Source of the DNA: Nemertoderma westbladi
Taxonomy: Eukaryota > Animalia > Xenacoelomorpha
Direction of reading: 5' to 3'
DNA: 64,000 nt
NCBI GenBank assembly: GCA_032718475.1
Contig: JAUCBJ010006658.1
Location: 21,738-85,737 of the forward strand
Positions 1-13,689 of the stretch are shown here, in pieces. The translations under genes were made by a program, and so were the position numbers. The notes below the pieces were generated by a model. It made no database searches. It worked only from the letters and a program-made list of their open reading frames with translations, and was not told the DNA's origin. How positions within the stretch are numbered: position 1 is the stretch's first letter; each line of letters starts with the position of its first letter.

Positions 1-189
1 ATTACATGCAGCTTTATTATCATCAGAGTTGGTATTTTCGACGATCCAACTGATGGCGTAATTTACGGCCCATCCACAAATAATAAAATTGAAAGATGGT
101 GGAGAGAATTAACGGAGCGATTGGAGCCTGTTTTCAAGGTGCAACTGAATGATCTATTACGCTGAAACCTCTACGACCACCTCCGATAA
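1..189 (+). pseudogene. 3' part of an IS3EU-like/integrase-core DDE transposase relic (unit 1 copy)
   Basis: Near-identical to 15918-16103. Encodes IYGPSTNNKIERWWRELTERLEP, which resembles the S..N..IERxW motif carrying the catalytic Glu. Has an in-frame TGA where the other copy has AGA. Confidence 0.55.
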
Positions 190-336
190 ACTGATTATAC
201 ATATATTTTAATTAAATTAATTTATAATTATTAATTATTAGTTTATTAGTATTATATTATATGCGTTAATCCATAGTTCAATAAACAGTACTAGATCCAG
301 CATCCATCGGTATCCATCTGTACTAAAACAGCTATA

Positions 337-1966
337 CACGGTCGTGGGGCCTTCGCGCAGCACGAGGCCCAGTTATGAGATACAAATTAAAATTGTGCGA
401 CTGTATCACAAAATCAGGTTATGAGATATTAACCCACACCTCCAATTAATCAAAGAAAGGGGGACAGTACGTGTTCACCCCTTTTAATCTGCACCCCCCC
501 CCCCCCCCTCCCCCCACCCACCAATACATAACCGCGACATCTACCACCCACGGAAGGGTAGCACGAACTTATTTCCAATCGCACGTTAAATATGCAAAGC
601 CAGGTGGTTTATAGGAATATAATAAACGCAGTACTCGTTTTCATTATAAGCCTCTTTGCGTTCGTCCTGTTTTGTATTTAAATATATTTCTTAAACGCAG
701 GCTAGGACGATCTTTATAATAATAATAACTAGGGATGCGATCAATATGTGAAGCCAGGTGGTTTATATAACAATTTAGTCAACGCAGTACTCGTCTTCAT
801 TATATGCCTCGTTGCGCTCGTCGCTTGTCCTGTTTTGTCATAAAATATTTTTCCTAAACGCAGACTGACGATCTTTATACAGTTATAAGTATGCGAAGTT
901 TCGAAACTGTGCGAGTAACTGTTGATACATCTATGTGGAGATGTGTGATATGTGGAGATGTGTGATACAACGCCAACGCATCTTATGCCGATGTAGTAAT
1001 ATGGGTATTGAAATAATATTAAATCAATGTACACTCTTAAAGCTGCAGCGAAAAAATGTAGCTAATTTCCTAGGTTACATATAAAATAATAATATTATTT
1101 TTAAGAACATTAATTTTACTACTTTGCAAAAATTCAATTAAAAAATAACCAGACATATACATTGTGGAATAAACTATTTCAGAAGCCTACACAACAGCCA
1201 TGCCATGGATTGTATTTATGTTATTATATCAGTCATTTACCTGAGATAGCAATACAACACTTATAGTAGAGTCAATACAGGAAGGATGTTGGATTTCAAG
1301 AATGATGTCTGGGCTGGAATAGCAATACTGGTTGCCTATTACAGTACAATTCCTCTCTGGTTAGTCTACAGCCACAACTCCAAGCCAGCTAGCTCCACAC
1401 CAGCAGAGACTTGACCAATAATCATTCCCAGCAAATAGCTGCCTTACACACACATCCTTCCATCGTACCAGCATGTTAGCCAATAAATGAGCAGTATTTA
1501 ATGAAAATCAATTTTTTATGACGTTTTAATTACTTTAGATCAATTAAAGACACAATTAATAAAGCAAATCACTTGAACTAATTAAAAATTATAATAGAAT
1601 GGCGTATGTGGATTACATCTGTATAATTTTTAAGTATAATTATTTAAATCTTATACTGTAAAACAATTAATTTCCTTTAAAAGGCAGGTTGAAAATGGTG
1701 TTTTTACCGTAATCAACTTAATTAACTAATTAACTGCTATTATCTTAGCTTCTCGAAGGCCACACGGAAATTCTACTTGGAAAATTTCTAAACTTTTGCC
1801 AAACAACATGTGTACCAAGTTTGGATAGATTTCATCAAAGATTGGCTGAGTTATTAACGTTTAAAATTGGACGCGACAGAACGACAGAACGACAGAACGA
1901 CAGAACGACAGGTTGATTAATGGTACCACTACGCTAAGGCTCACTCACTTCGTGGCTCGCCCCACA
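337..1966 (-). mobile_element. Non-autonomous Helentron/DINE-1-like (HINE) insertion
   Basis: Absent from the paralogous site near 16283. Short subterminal inverted motifs GTGGGG...CCCCAC, a GC hairpin (gggccttcg..cgaggccc) at one end and a (GACAGAAC)n microsatellite at about 1875-1910. Termini are shared with the element at 26737-27250. Confidence 0.5.
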
Positions 1967-1984
1967 GTATAATTATGGCAAGTA

Positions 1985-2110
1985 TGCACCCGAGGGCAGG
2001 GTTGGGCGCTACGCTACTCCTATCCCAAGATTTGCTCCCAGTAATTTAACTCATTTTATCGACCCCAGTAGATTGAAAGTCTGAGTGGACCCTGGCGGGG
2101 CTTAACCCAA
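1985..2110 (-). mobile_element. SINE fragment with conserved central domain (paralog about 16303-16430)
   Basis: Minus strand reads GGGTCCACTCAGACTTTCAATCTACTGGGGTCGATAAAATGAGT, resembling the GTCGACTCAGCCTTCCATCC...GGTCGATAAAATGAGT core of widespread metazoan tRNA-derived SINEs (from memory). Confidence 0.45.
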
Positions 2111-2155
2111 AAACAATAGAGCTACCCCGCCTAAAACGGAAAAAACGGGAAAAAC

Positions 2156-2300
2156 GTTAAAACAGATAAACATTGTGTTAAAACAGATAAACATTGTGTT
2201 AAAACAGATAAACATTGTGTTAAAACAGATAAAACATTGTGTTAAAACAGATAAAATTGTGTTAAAACAGATAAAACATTGTTTTAAAACCGATAAATAT
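2156..2300. repeat. 21-22 bp minisatellite (GTTAAAACAGATAAACATTGT)
   Basis: About 7 visible copies here and fewer at 16468-16570. Confidence 0.85.
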
Positions 2301-2365
2301 CAAATTAGTAAAAAGAACTAATAATAAAACTTTTAATATCAATATCAATTAATTCTATGAGACTC

Positions 2366-3525
2366 TGTTCGCGCTTTCAGACCTTTAGCAGTTTAACCTG
2401 CCAAATTGGGATGTCTTTTAGATGATAGATCGTCTTTAGCCTATGACAAGTATTTGATACACTACATTAGCCGAAGCCAGTCTATGCGCGATCATTCACC
2501 CGCTGGATATACCCGGGAGACTGGATTCGGAAGCCTATCCGTATTGCGGGGTAGGCCTACTGTATTATTCGACTGATCGTAATATATATAATCTCTGACA
2601 AATATTATTCACTTTCGGGAAATATTAACAGTTCCTTTTGGACGTGGCGCTCTAAATATGTAAACAGAGTTATGACTTAAACTAGACACAACGGGATGGC
2701 TATAGATTCACGTATATGGCGCATTCTTTAGGAGATGCTTTGTTATCAGTCACAATCATACACAATACTGCACAATGCTGCACACTGATCTGCCGACCTT
2801 CACTAATTTTAGTCACATATAAAGAGAACAACAGACAATACATGTAGGGCCTATAAAATAGCATTAGATTCACTTCAAACCACTTAATGTAAGTCACAAT
2901 CGTTATATGTAACCGGTCTCTCTAACCTTTAGTATATCAAAAAGATTGGGGTGTCTGATTATTTATCAGTATTCCAAATATAATATTCCATCAACAAATA
3001 TAATGAATAACCGACAGTAAATAGCAGTAAAATGTTAAGATATAAATTGATATGATCGATTTGGTATGGATTGTTTAGTGATAACAGATATACGTTCTAT
3101 AATTAAGCCTACTAATGTTGGGCTAAAGACTGAAACACGGAGGTTCCAAAGCCGGTGTTCTAGGCTGTGGACAAAATCACATACTGACTCAACTCCACGA
3201 GTTTCCATATACAATCTCCAACGCAGAGGCAAAAAACGCTCTGATTGGTCGACCGAACAAAGAAGGAACAGAGAACAAAGAAAAGCTCCATGTGTACAGC
3301 TCAGCTGTTAGCCGTCGTCATGGTAGCTACACTGTTTCAAGAGGATCCGGCGTATTGCGTCATAGAATTGCTAATTATGTCCGCTAAAGTACACATACAG
3401 AAGAAATGGCTTTTATGTCCTCTAAAACACCAGTACAGTAAGGACACGGCCTTTTATGCCTGTTAAACCAACTACAGAGTACTTTACGGGGAAAATAACC
3501 GGCTAATTCCGCAAAAGCCTTTACA
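2366..3525 (-). mobile_element. Solo LTR of the BEL/Pao family
   Basis: TG...CA termini. 5-bp TSD GACTC (2361-2365 and 3526-3530). The empty site is visible in unit 2 at about 16632-16636. Homologous to LTR 30191-31389. Confidence 0.92.
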
Positions 3526-3749
3526 GACTCAATGAAATGTGTAACTACCACGGTATCAGGGAGAAAATAGTAGTGAAATCTAGTAACAGGTGGGACATGT
3601 CCTGCCTCTACCCATCAAAACACGGCAACAGGTGGGACTTGACTTGTCCCGCCTGTTCCCCTTTAAAACATGGCAATAGGGTGGGACAATTAGAAACAGG
3701 TGGGACTGGGACAGTCTACAGTATAACATATTGTAATATGGGAGGTTTG

Positions 3750-3989
3750 TACGGTAGCTGATCTTTGCCAATTAATTTTTTTTTTCAGAAGTTCTCCATG
3801 ACGTCATAATTTATGGTCGACCATAAATTAATTTTTGGTCGACTATAAATTATTTTTTGGTCGACCATAAATTAATTTTTGGTCGACCATAAATTAATTT
3901 TTGGTTGACCATACATTACGACGTCTTGGAGAACTCCTTAAAAAAAAGTAAAAAAAAAATTAATTAATTGGCAAAGATCAAACACCGCA
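3750..3989. mobile_element. IS3EU-like MITE (unit 1 copy)
   Basis: TIR TACGGT.G.TGATCTTTGCCAATTAATT, 6-bp TSD GGTTTG (3744-3749 and 3990-3995), internal GGTCGACCATAAATTAATTTTT repeats. TAY..RTA ends with a 6-bp TSD match IS3EU. Confidence 0.7.
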
Positions 3990-6237
3990 GGTTTGCCACT
4001 ATAATAGCTGTAATTTTCTAATCACCAGCTTTCAGAAAATATTTAGTTTAATGAGGTTCGGAACAAAAATTTTTTTGGACAAAATTTGGCTAATATTTTG
4101 TAGAATGAACCACCATATATACATACAGTAGGCCTAACCAGATAGCACTATTGTAATAGTAGCGAATACCGTATCGGTACAAATTGTTACTCTCAGTCTG
4201 TCGTGGCACATTTACGTCTACGGGAAAGGCACTCATGGGCAACGTGGAAGAAAAAATTTTATTAACAAAAAATATTTTATTTTAATTTTGGCCGCACTGG
4301 GCCATGTTTTGGCCCAGTAAGGCCATATTTTTTTTATTATTTATGTATTATATTATAATTTCTTAGAGTAGTCTAGTCTATTTTTGAATGTGTTCAAACT
4401 TGGAGTACCAAGGTTATTCAGTACACGTGCATCGTGCATTAACAACACTGGCCGGTAAAAGATTCCAAATGTTTACAACGCTGTCTACGAAGTTGTTGCA
4501 TTTCCTTTGAGTCCTACAGTTCGATCTTTTGTACAGCACCAAGGAAGAACCTCATGTTGAGTATTGGTGGAATTCGGAACGAAACTGGAAGAAATTACTT
4601 CGCTCAATATACAGTAGGCAAATATGGGATTGGTAGTGGCTAAATATGTAATTGCTCTTATAATTTTGTTAATTTTCACTCGAATTGGATGAATATGTTT
4701 ATCGTAGGTATTGCCCCATAGTATTATTCCGTATAATATGTAGGGTATGTAGTGTAGTATTTCTACTGTCGGCTGTCTACTGTCGGTGGTCTGCTGTCGG
4801 CGTAACGTTTACACCCCAAAGTTTGGTTTAATTTCATCAATATATGACGGAGTTATTGGTGAGCAAATATTAGACAGTGACAGACAACTCGTCACTTCGC
4901 TTACTTTGTGCCTCGTCCCACTTGGTTGGAATACTTAGTCGCACTTTTTTTATCACTAATTGTCCCGAAATTACTTTTAGATTAGGTGTAAGAGATCATT
5001 TCGACTATAAAATTGTGAAAGTTGAAAAAGTGAGGGAGACTTGACTTTAGGGGAAACTTGATTTTTTTTAATAACTCAAAAACTATTGTAAATTATTTAA
5101 CAATACCACACAAAAATGTGTAAAATACATGTTGGCTACACCCGCGCAACAATGTTTTATTACCTTTTGGTTATTTTTTGTTTTATTGTCAATAAACGTT
5201 TTCTGGGTTCAAAAGTAAATTTTTGCCCTTTACAACGAATGAAAAAGCGCATCCTTATTATACTGTATGCTAATTGTAATTCACAACATGTGTTGACTAA
5301 TTATTGCACTATCCTGCCATATATTGTTTTCCAGTTTTGGTTCAGCCGTTTTGAAAGTATATAAATTAATATAAAAAAAGCCCAAGTGGGTGTGAGGGAG
5401 ACACCCACGAAGAGAACCATTACACCAGAGCGCTCCAACTAGGTGATTGGCACTTACACAGACCAACCTATCAATGGAATGTGAATACAATGGAGTGGCT
5501 AGGGAGAGGGAGAGAGAGAGGCCTTGATAAACCCAGCCAAGCCAAGCCAACCAACTCTTCCTTCCCTAGTGTAGTGTAGTTAATAGCCCGCCAACTGGGT
5601 GATTGACAGGTTAAACAAGATGCCACTTCGTCAGAAAGCGGCACACATCAATAGAATTACAGGAAAACAATTAATATATGCCTGGATTGAAAACTATACA
5701 AGATATTCATTAATAGAAAGTACCTTCCCGCGTTAAATTTTAATGCGGTTTTAATGAACTATTATTTATTCAGTTCTTGTTGGGAGAACCATGTGAACGA
5801 CCACCTAAATTTGTATAAAATTTTGGATAATAATTTAACAATCGCATTTTTTGATGTAATTATTACACTTCTTCTGCATTTTTGAACGAATTTATAAGTA
5901 TGCGAGGTGGGGTTCAAGTCTACCACCCTAGTTGTCAAGCCTTGACGCTGTTTCGAAAATACGAATAATTGGTTTAATTAAAAAAGTTTAAGAGTTGAAA
6001 ATCTCAAACTCTCACATAATGATACAGTAGCAATCATAAATGTAATGTGAAAAAGTTAAAACGGCATTGAAAAATTTATTTATCTGTTCTTTAGAGCGAT
6101 TATAACTTTTGGGGATCAAGTCTCCTTCACTCACTCTACAGGTCCCGTAGTTTACTTTATCAATGTCCCATACTTTACCACACAACCATGCTGTACAAAA
6201 TTAGCAATTTGTCTGATATTTAAATTTTTATTTAAGC

Positions 6238-6872
6238 TTAAGGGGGGGGGGGGAGCACATCCAAATTGAACTTCACATTTTTGTGTCTCTTGACCATAAA
6301 ATTGGGTGAAATTTATTGTTTGTGCTACTAAACATCGTCTGGACTGTGTGTGAATAACCAAACCAAAATTTTTTTAAACTGGCCCCAAAATGTATTTTTG
6401 TGCTATTCAAAGTGCCCTTTGCGTCAAGGGCTATTTCTCCACCAATACTTGTTGAAATTTTGAATATAGCGTCAGAAGAACCCTAAGTTTTGCCTCAAAT
6501 GCTCCGGAGCCTTTTTAGAACAAAAAGGCCACAAAAAAGGCCTTTTTGGTATAAAAAGGCTCCAGGGCATTTTCAACCAAATTTGTTCGGAAGAAGTATG
6601 GAGAAGGGTAATCTTAACAAGTGTACCAAATTTCAAGTCATTTCAGTTAAAATTGGCGGAGAAATAGCCCTTTTCATGAAAAAACGTCATTCTGATGAAA
6701 TGTTTCATGCTTGCTAAACAGATGAGTTTGAGAAAAGATATGAGAAAACTGCTTGCAGATTTGAAATCTCCATTAAATTCGGCACATGATAGAATAAAAA
6801 AACTTTTTTTGTCAATTTCCAAAATAGGAGGGTGCTACCTACCTACCTACCCCCCCCCCCCCCCCCCCTAAA
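6238..6872. mobile_element. Possible Kolobok-like non-autonomous DNA element (partial paralog about 48720-49060)
   Basis: Begins TTAA-G(n)-AGCACATCC and ends GGAGGGTGCT..C(n)-TAA, a degenerate inverted pair. Confidence 0.3.
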
Positions 6873-7570
6873 AAAACATCTTTATCATAAACATCAACTC
6901 AACACCGTACCTGCGCACAATTCGATAAACTTTAGAATTGATCATAATTACGACTCTGTAATTACCTTATTAATTAGACGAGACCATTTAGACGAGACTT
7001 TAATTGCGAGACCATTTATAGACAAAAAATTGAGAAAAACAATAAAAAGATGAAAAATTTAGCGTGGGAATAAGTGGGAATCGTTTGAAGGGGGTGAGGG
7101 GGTATCTGACTCGATAATCCTACTAATTTATAACTTTCACTTTGGTTCATTGATTGATTTGGTTTATGTTGCATTACAATCAGCATCCCTGAAAACATTA
7201 ATAACCTGAAAATCAATGTATTTGAACCACTTTCCATTTGTTTTATTTTATATTTTTTTCATTCTAAAACAAACATATTTCCAATAATGATCCGAAACAA
7301 ATATAGTTCAGTACAAATACAACAATTGTATTTTGTTACCGGTAACTAGAGAATTAACATGGGTGTTTAGGTAGCCTTGCTGATGGAATTCTTTGACAAT
7401 AACCGCACTTAAGTTTGATATCTTTATGTACAGAGTCGACATTTTAGTTAGATTTTAGCAACAAATGATTTTCTCAATTGAAGCAGTTGTACTTAATATC
7501 TTTATGAAAGTAGTTCACATGGGTGTTTAGACTCCTTTGCGGGCTGAATTCTTTATTACAATAACCGCAC

Positions 7571-8905
7571 TTATGTTTGATATCTTTCTTTATGTATAGA
7601 GTCGACATGTCGTTTTAGTTTGGCTTTTGTAGCAAATGATTTTCCACAATCAGAACAGTTGTACTTGATATCTTTATGAAAGTAGTTCACATGGGTGTAT
7701 AGATTCCCTTGCTGACTGAATTCTTTATGACAATAACCGCATTTATATTTGATATCTTTATGTCGTATAGAGTGTATGGAGTCGACATGTCGTTTTAGTT
7801 CGGCTTTTGTAGCAAATGATTTTCCACAATCGAAGCAGTTGTACTTGATGATACCTTTGTGGACAAAGTTAACGTGGGTGTTTAGACTCCTTTGTAGGCT
7901 GAATTCTTTATTACAATAACCGCATTTATATTTGATACCTTTATGTATAGAGTCGACATGTCGTTTTAGTACGTATTTTCTAGCAAATGATTTTCCACAA
8001 TCAAAACAGTTGTACTTGATATCTTTATGAAAGTAGTTCACATGGGTGTATAGATTCCCTTGCTGACTGAATTCTTTATGACAATAACCGCACTTATATT
8101 TGATACCTGTATGTATAGAGTCGACATGTCGTATTAGTTCGACTTTTGTACTAAATGATTTTCCACAATCGAGACAGTTGTACTTGATATCTTTATGAAA
8201 GTAGTTCACATGGGTGTTCAGATTAATTTGCACGCAGAATTCTTTATTACAATAACTGCAATTATATTTTATACCTTTATGGATAGAGTTAACATGCTTC
8301 TTTACACCAAGCTTACATTTAAACTGTTTTTCACAATAATCGCATTTATACTTATTCTTTACGTCTTTATGAACGGATTCTATATGTCTCTCTAAATCTC
8401 CTTTGTTATTAAATAATTCATTGCAATGCAAACAGGAACTGGTGTCTGAAGAAGATACCAACTCCCCAACAGTTTCATTAGAACTACCGGACTCTGTTGT
8501 TGCACAACTGATTGTCGCTTCTGTACCTTCAGTTTCAATAGGCCTACCATAAGAACACTCTGGGCTGTCGTTTTCCCGTTTTTCAACAATAAAAGAATCT
8601 CCAGATGGTTCATAAGAAATATCTTCGTCATCTAGTAAAGGGACAACATCTACTCTACCGAACAAATTGTTGTGCTCTTCGATGGGAGATGATCCGTGAA
8701 CGCAGTTCTCTTGTTTAACATCAAGAGAATAGGGGGTAGAGTCTGCTGGTTCTCTCTTTATAATTATAAAGTCTGTTGGTTTTTTCTTTATAATTATAAA
8801 GTCTGTTGGTTCTTTGTTTAGGATTATATAGTCGGTTGGTTCGCTCTTTATAATTATACCGGCACCAGAAGATTTCTCTTTCAATAAATTAGTATGTTGA
8901 TCCAT
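7571..8905 (-). CDS. C2H2 zinc-finger protein, about 10 fingers, N-terminal IK.EP repeats
   Basis: 444-aa ORF with tandem 29-aa CxxC-x12-H-x4-H units. A small insertion near 7586 truncates it, and degenerate fingers continue to the paralogous stop at 7354. Confidence 0.85.
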   Translation of the reverse strand: MDQHTNLLKEKSSGAGIIIKSEPTDYIILNKEPTDFIIIKKKPTDFIIIKREPADSTPYSLDVKQENCVHGSSPIEEHNNLFGRVDVVPLLDDEDISYEPSGDSFIVEKRENDSPECSYGRPIETEGTEATISCATTESGSSNETVGELVSSSDTSSCLHCNELFNNKGDLERHIESVHKDVKNKYKCDYCEKQFKCKLGVKKHVNSIHKGIKYNCSYCNKEFCVQINLNTHVNYFHKDIKYNCLDCGKSFSTKVELIRHVDSIHTGIKYKCGYCHKEFSQQGNLYTHVNYFHKDIKYNCFDCGKSFARKYVLKRHVDSIHKGIKYKCGYCNKEFSLQRSLNTHVNFVHKGIIKYNCFDCGKSFATKAELKRHVDSIHSIRHKDIKYKCGYCHKEFSQQGNLYTHVNYFHKDIKYNCSDCGKSFATKAKLKRHVDSIHKERYQT

Positions 8906-9126
8906 TATGAAATCTTAATTAAGTATTAATCGATAAATTAAATACAGGTGGCAGTAGTTTAATGTATATCACGCTCTTCTCTATTATAAATTTCAAGCGA
9001 CTCAATTATAATAAATGATGAGGTCGCTGTAACAGAAAGGAGCGGAGCAGATTATAGTCACAGTAACAAAAGAACAAGGCACATACGGATAAGATAATTG
9101 ACAATTGGCATGCTTTTACATTACAA

Positions 9127-9577
9127 GAATGCTGTGCCGGCTTGTCGACAAAATTGCGCCACCACAACACAACTCCCTATCACCCATGACATTTGATAGA
9201 TCATCCGCATCTTCAAGGCTAGTGTCCTTTAAGATGCGTATCAAGAAAGTCATGGGCGCCGGTGTCCACCATGCTTATTCACTCCATGAGGCTTCCAAAG
9301 CACGAGATTTGATGCACTGGCTGGTCCTCATGGCGAAAGCAATGCCCTGCAAAGCAGTGGCGACTTGGTTCTAGTGTCAAGCTTGGGGGAACCAATGAGA
9401 CACCTCCAATGTTATATAGTGTCTGGTTGGAGATGTGTGCATTGTACTTGACACAATGAACCCGGCGTAGAATTCTCGTGAATGTGCCATCCATATATTT
9501 GATGTCCTCAGCAGTTACCCAGTTAGAGCCCAGCCCATCGAGGAGTACTGGAACTACTGCTGCTCTAAATAATCGGA
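9127..9577 (-). mobile_element. RTE LINE 3' fragment
   Basis: Reverse complement of about 45412-45823. Encodes DGTFTRILRRVH...FAGHC. Confidence 0.85.
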
Positions 9578-10429
9578 TAAATTTTAAATAATCAAGGTAC
9601 GAGAGACATACATTTTAATCTACATACAATTTTTAAATTCAATTTGTGATTTTAATTAATTGGTGCTATAAATTAAATATTTTCAGAGATTTTAATGTGA
9701 TTTTAAGCGTGATTTTACCTTTTAACTTAGCCCCCGTGCATACATTCATAAATTAAATTCGTGATTTTAATTAATTTGTGATACCGAGCCTTTAACTTAC
9801 GTACAGTAGGCCCTACTTACACTTTATACTTTTTAATATTTAATTTGTGATTTTAACTAATTAGATTTTGTGCCTTGCAGCCTTGTGTTAAATCCGTGTT
9901 AAATACTTTCAGTTTGTCATGCATATCTTAACCAGCTGTTGTTTCGTTCCTATACTATATTAGTCCTCAATAAATAATCTCAATATCAACCAGCAGATCA
10001 CAGAAAGTTCCACTCCTAAGTCCTAACCTGACTGCCTGAAGACGACTAATTAACATATGGCAGTATGGTGTAGTGATGTCGGCCACAAGCCTGTATGTCT
10101 GTAGGGCCTATGTAGGTGTAGTTTAAGAACTTCAAACAAAACTTATTGTCAATACCGGTACGCGCTATAACTGTATAAAGTGCCATAAGAGCACTTGTGG
10201 CCGTAACGATTGTGACACAAACCTTAGGAATCGTTAATACTGTATTATACAGTATAAATTAATTTGTATCATTTATGAAACCGGTAGGATGTAATTATAA
10301 TTATACTGTAATCAGGTAATGTACACATAATAACAATAACCAAAATATCAGCTTACAGTACTACATCTGTACATAGAACAGTAGAACGTATGGCTGCTTA
10401 CATATAATCTACAAAATTTGAAAGTTATG

Positions 10430-11205
10430 TTTATTTACTCTTGCAATTCTTATTTTAGCACCAAAAATGGTAGGTGTGTTCAACTGCGGAATTTAAAAAG
10501 CCTTCCATTGAAATTGGCGTACCAGAAAACCTGTATGTAATTGAAATAAACACCATCTGACCATTCCTACAATACAAGTCTAGTAGTTGTTTTCACTAAT
10601 TTAAAAAATGCTGGTTACTTGCACTTTTCAGCTTTTCATTTTAGCACCAAAAATGGTAGGTGTATTCAACTACGGAAATTAAAAAGCCTTCCATAAAAAC
10701 CATTCCTACAAGTCTAGTTGTTTTCACTAATTTGAAAAATGCTGTTTACTTGCACTTTTCATTTTAGACCAAAAATAGTATGTGTGGTGTGGTCTGTGTT
10801 CAACTGCGGAATTTAAAAAGCCTTCCATTGAAATCGGCGTACCAGACTGCCAGAATACCTGCATGTAATTGACATAAACACCATTCCTACAATTCTAGTT
10901 GTTTTCATTAATTTGAAAAATGCTGGTTACTTGCACTTTTCATTTTAGCACCAAAAATGGTATGCTGTATGTGTGTTCTGTGTTCAACTGCGGAATTTAA
11001 AAAGCCTTCCATTGACAGATTGAAATCGGCGCACCAAAAAACCTGTATGTAATTGAAATAGGCCTAAACACCATTCCTACAATTCTAGTTGTTTTCACTA
11101 ATTTGAAAAATGCTGGTTACTTGCACTTTTCATTTTAGCACTAAAAATGGTAGATGTGTTCAATTGCGGAATGTAAAAAGCCTTCCATTAAAATCAGCGT
11201 ACAAG
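10430..11205. repeat. Tandem repeat of ~120-160 bp units
   Basis: Recurrent CATTTTAGCACCAAAAATGGTAGGTGTGTTCAACTGCGGAATTTAAAAAGCCTTCC, about 5-6 units here and about 2 at 52600-52850. Confidence 0.8.
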
Positions 11206-12269
11206 AAAACCTGCCCGAAGTCGATATCAATACCTAACCCTAATACCTTACCATTTTTTGAAATTCAGATTTACGTGAAAATCGATATTGTCACAACCGT
11301 CAGACCGTTACGAAACTATGTCACGACCGTTACGCTGGTTAATTGATTGCCACATTCTCTAATGATATTATATTGCCATACTGTTAATTTAATTTGAAAC
11401 TCTATCTATTAACATGTTAGTCTGACATAAGTCAGTAAGTAACGGCAAATAAGTACATTAAATTCGAAAGAAATTTATAGGCCTAATGTGTAGGAGAGTC
11501 TCTAAAAAGCTTGTCCATTTCAGGCACGACCGTTACGCCAACTTTAAACCGGAATAAAATCAATAAAACGTAATGTATTCCAGAGCGGTTTCGATTTTAT
11601 ATAGGCCTACCGGTAATGGATTCCAATTCCATATTTCAGTATTTCCAAACCTACTCCAAAAGTTGAATTTTTAAAAAAAAAGTTGAATTTGAAACTCTAC
11701 TCCAAAAGTTGAATTTTAATAAAAAGTTGAATTTTAAAAAATAAAGTTGAAATTTCAACTCAGTTGAAAATAGAACTTCTCCCTGACTGTGCATGATGTA
11801 GAATTTGAAGCCGGCTCTAACTGTCTAATCACTGAATCAGCTAATGCTGCACCGGTAATGTGTAATGACTGAATGATACTAATATTTCCGTGCCCAAATG
11901 TTATTGACAGTGCCCGTTTAAATTTCAATATTCTGGTATTCTAATGACAGAATGACAGAATGATAAGCTATGGGTGAGGGTGACAGCTGGATTTCCACTT
12001 ACTGACTTAACAGCTTAAAGACGACAGAATCCAGCCAGAATCTGGCTGTACAAAATGATATCAACTGGCTGACTGTACCTGCCTTCTGCTGACCTTACTG
12101 CTGTAACTGCTGAATATAAATAAATAAATACTGGCAACTGTCCGACTGTGAACTGGCAGACTGGTCAGCGTCAGCCGGTACCGGTCAGCCGGGAGTACTG
12201 CACTGCACTACTGCAGTACTGTACACTTCACACTTGTACTATAAAGGCAGCAAGGAGCAACAGACAGAG

Positions 12270-13480
12270 GACCATTCTAGGGCCAATATTGTTTGTAATT
12301 TATGTAAATTCCATAGCAAATATACCGGATATACACTTGATACACAGTACGCAGATGATACACTTATATACTGTACAAATAAGGATCCTCTAAAAGCATC
12401 ACAAACCTTAGAAAAACACATACAGTCCCAGGAGATTGTCTTAAAAATTAATCCGAATACGATAATTAACCAATCCAAATCAATTAAATATTTAGGAATA
12501 CTAATAGACAACAGAATGGAATGGAGGGAACACATCAACGATATAAAACATAAAATGACACAAGCAATCTCCGGACTACGACAGATAGAAAGGACAGTTA
12601 CCACTCAAATCTAAACTTAATATATACAAGGCGACAGTGCTACCATATCATAACTACTGCTGCGAGGTCCTAATTTCAATACAAAACAGTTACGGTGCAA
12701 AGGGAATACTTTACGGGTTAGAAAAAATACAAAATTACGGCTTAAGGGTAGTGTATAGCAAGAAAAACAAGGACATGACAGGAACCGAATTACGAACGAA
12801 AGCAAAACTTCCTACACTGACAGCTCTACGAGAATACTTTGTATTAAAATTTTACTACAAATATATATTTAATCTAAGTACACCATTTAAGAAACTACAA
12901 CTACCATTTCTTAATACTATAAGAACAAACGCATACTTGATAAATCCCAGAACACATAATATTAAAATACCTACTACTAGGAACAACTACGGATTTAAAA
13001 GTTTAACTGTCAGTGCTACAAAAATCTGGAACGCATCTCTTATTACTCTAAAACAAATACGAAAACTAAAAACTTACATGGATAGCATTAAAAATCACTA
13101 TTATACAATATATGACCGTGACTCCATAACATAGCAACAAGTAACTTACACAACTTAGAATATACTGTGATAAAGTAAACAATTAATGTGTGTACGTATG
13201 TACGTGGGTGGTGTGGTATGTGTGAAATAATGGTGTTTGTAATTGTAAGTATGGGGTGTTGTGTGTCTACGCGCCAATGTATTGGGTATGTATGTACAAC
13301 ATCAATATGACTCCAGTGGATACACAGTAATGTAATTAGTGTAGGTCAAGGATTTGTCAGCCATACATGACGCTTATTCCCATAAATTATCAGCCGGGGC
13401 CACCCTCCATGCTGCCTTCAATTATTTTACATATTTGAAGTTTTGGGAATAAAATAATTTATTATTATTTTATTATTATT
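12270..13480 (+). mobile_element. CR1/L2-clade LINE 3' fragment, decayed RT
   Basis: Frameshifted LGPILFVIYVN, YADD and KYLGI motifs. 3' UTR ends AATAAA-like plus a (TTA)n tail. Confidence 0.8.
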
Positions 13481-13689
13481 AGACAGATACCGTAGACTGA
13501 TAGAGGCGTGTAGTGTGTAGCTGTCGTGCTGTATATGCCTAGGGTTAGTGTAGCAGAGCAGAGGTAAAGTACAGAAATAGCGTTAGGTACAAATCGGTAC
13601 CCTGCAAACATTTTACGTTAATTACGCTAATCTAACGTTAGACTTTAGTCTGTTTTAGGTTAGAAAAATAAAGTTATAAAAATAACTTA

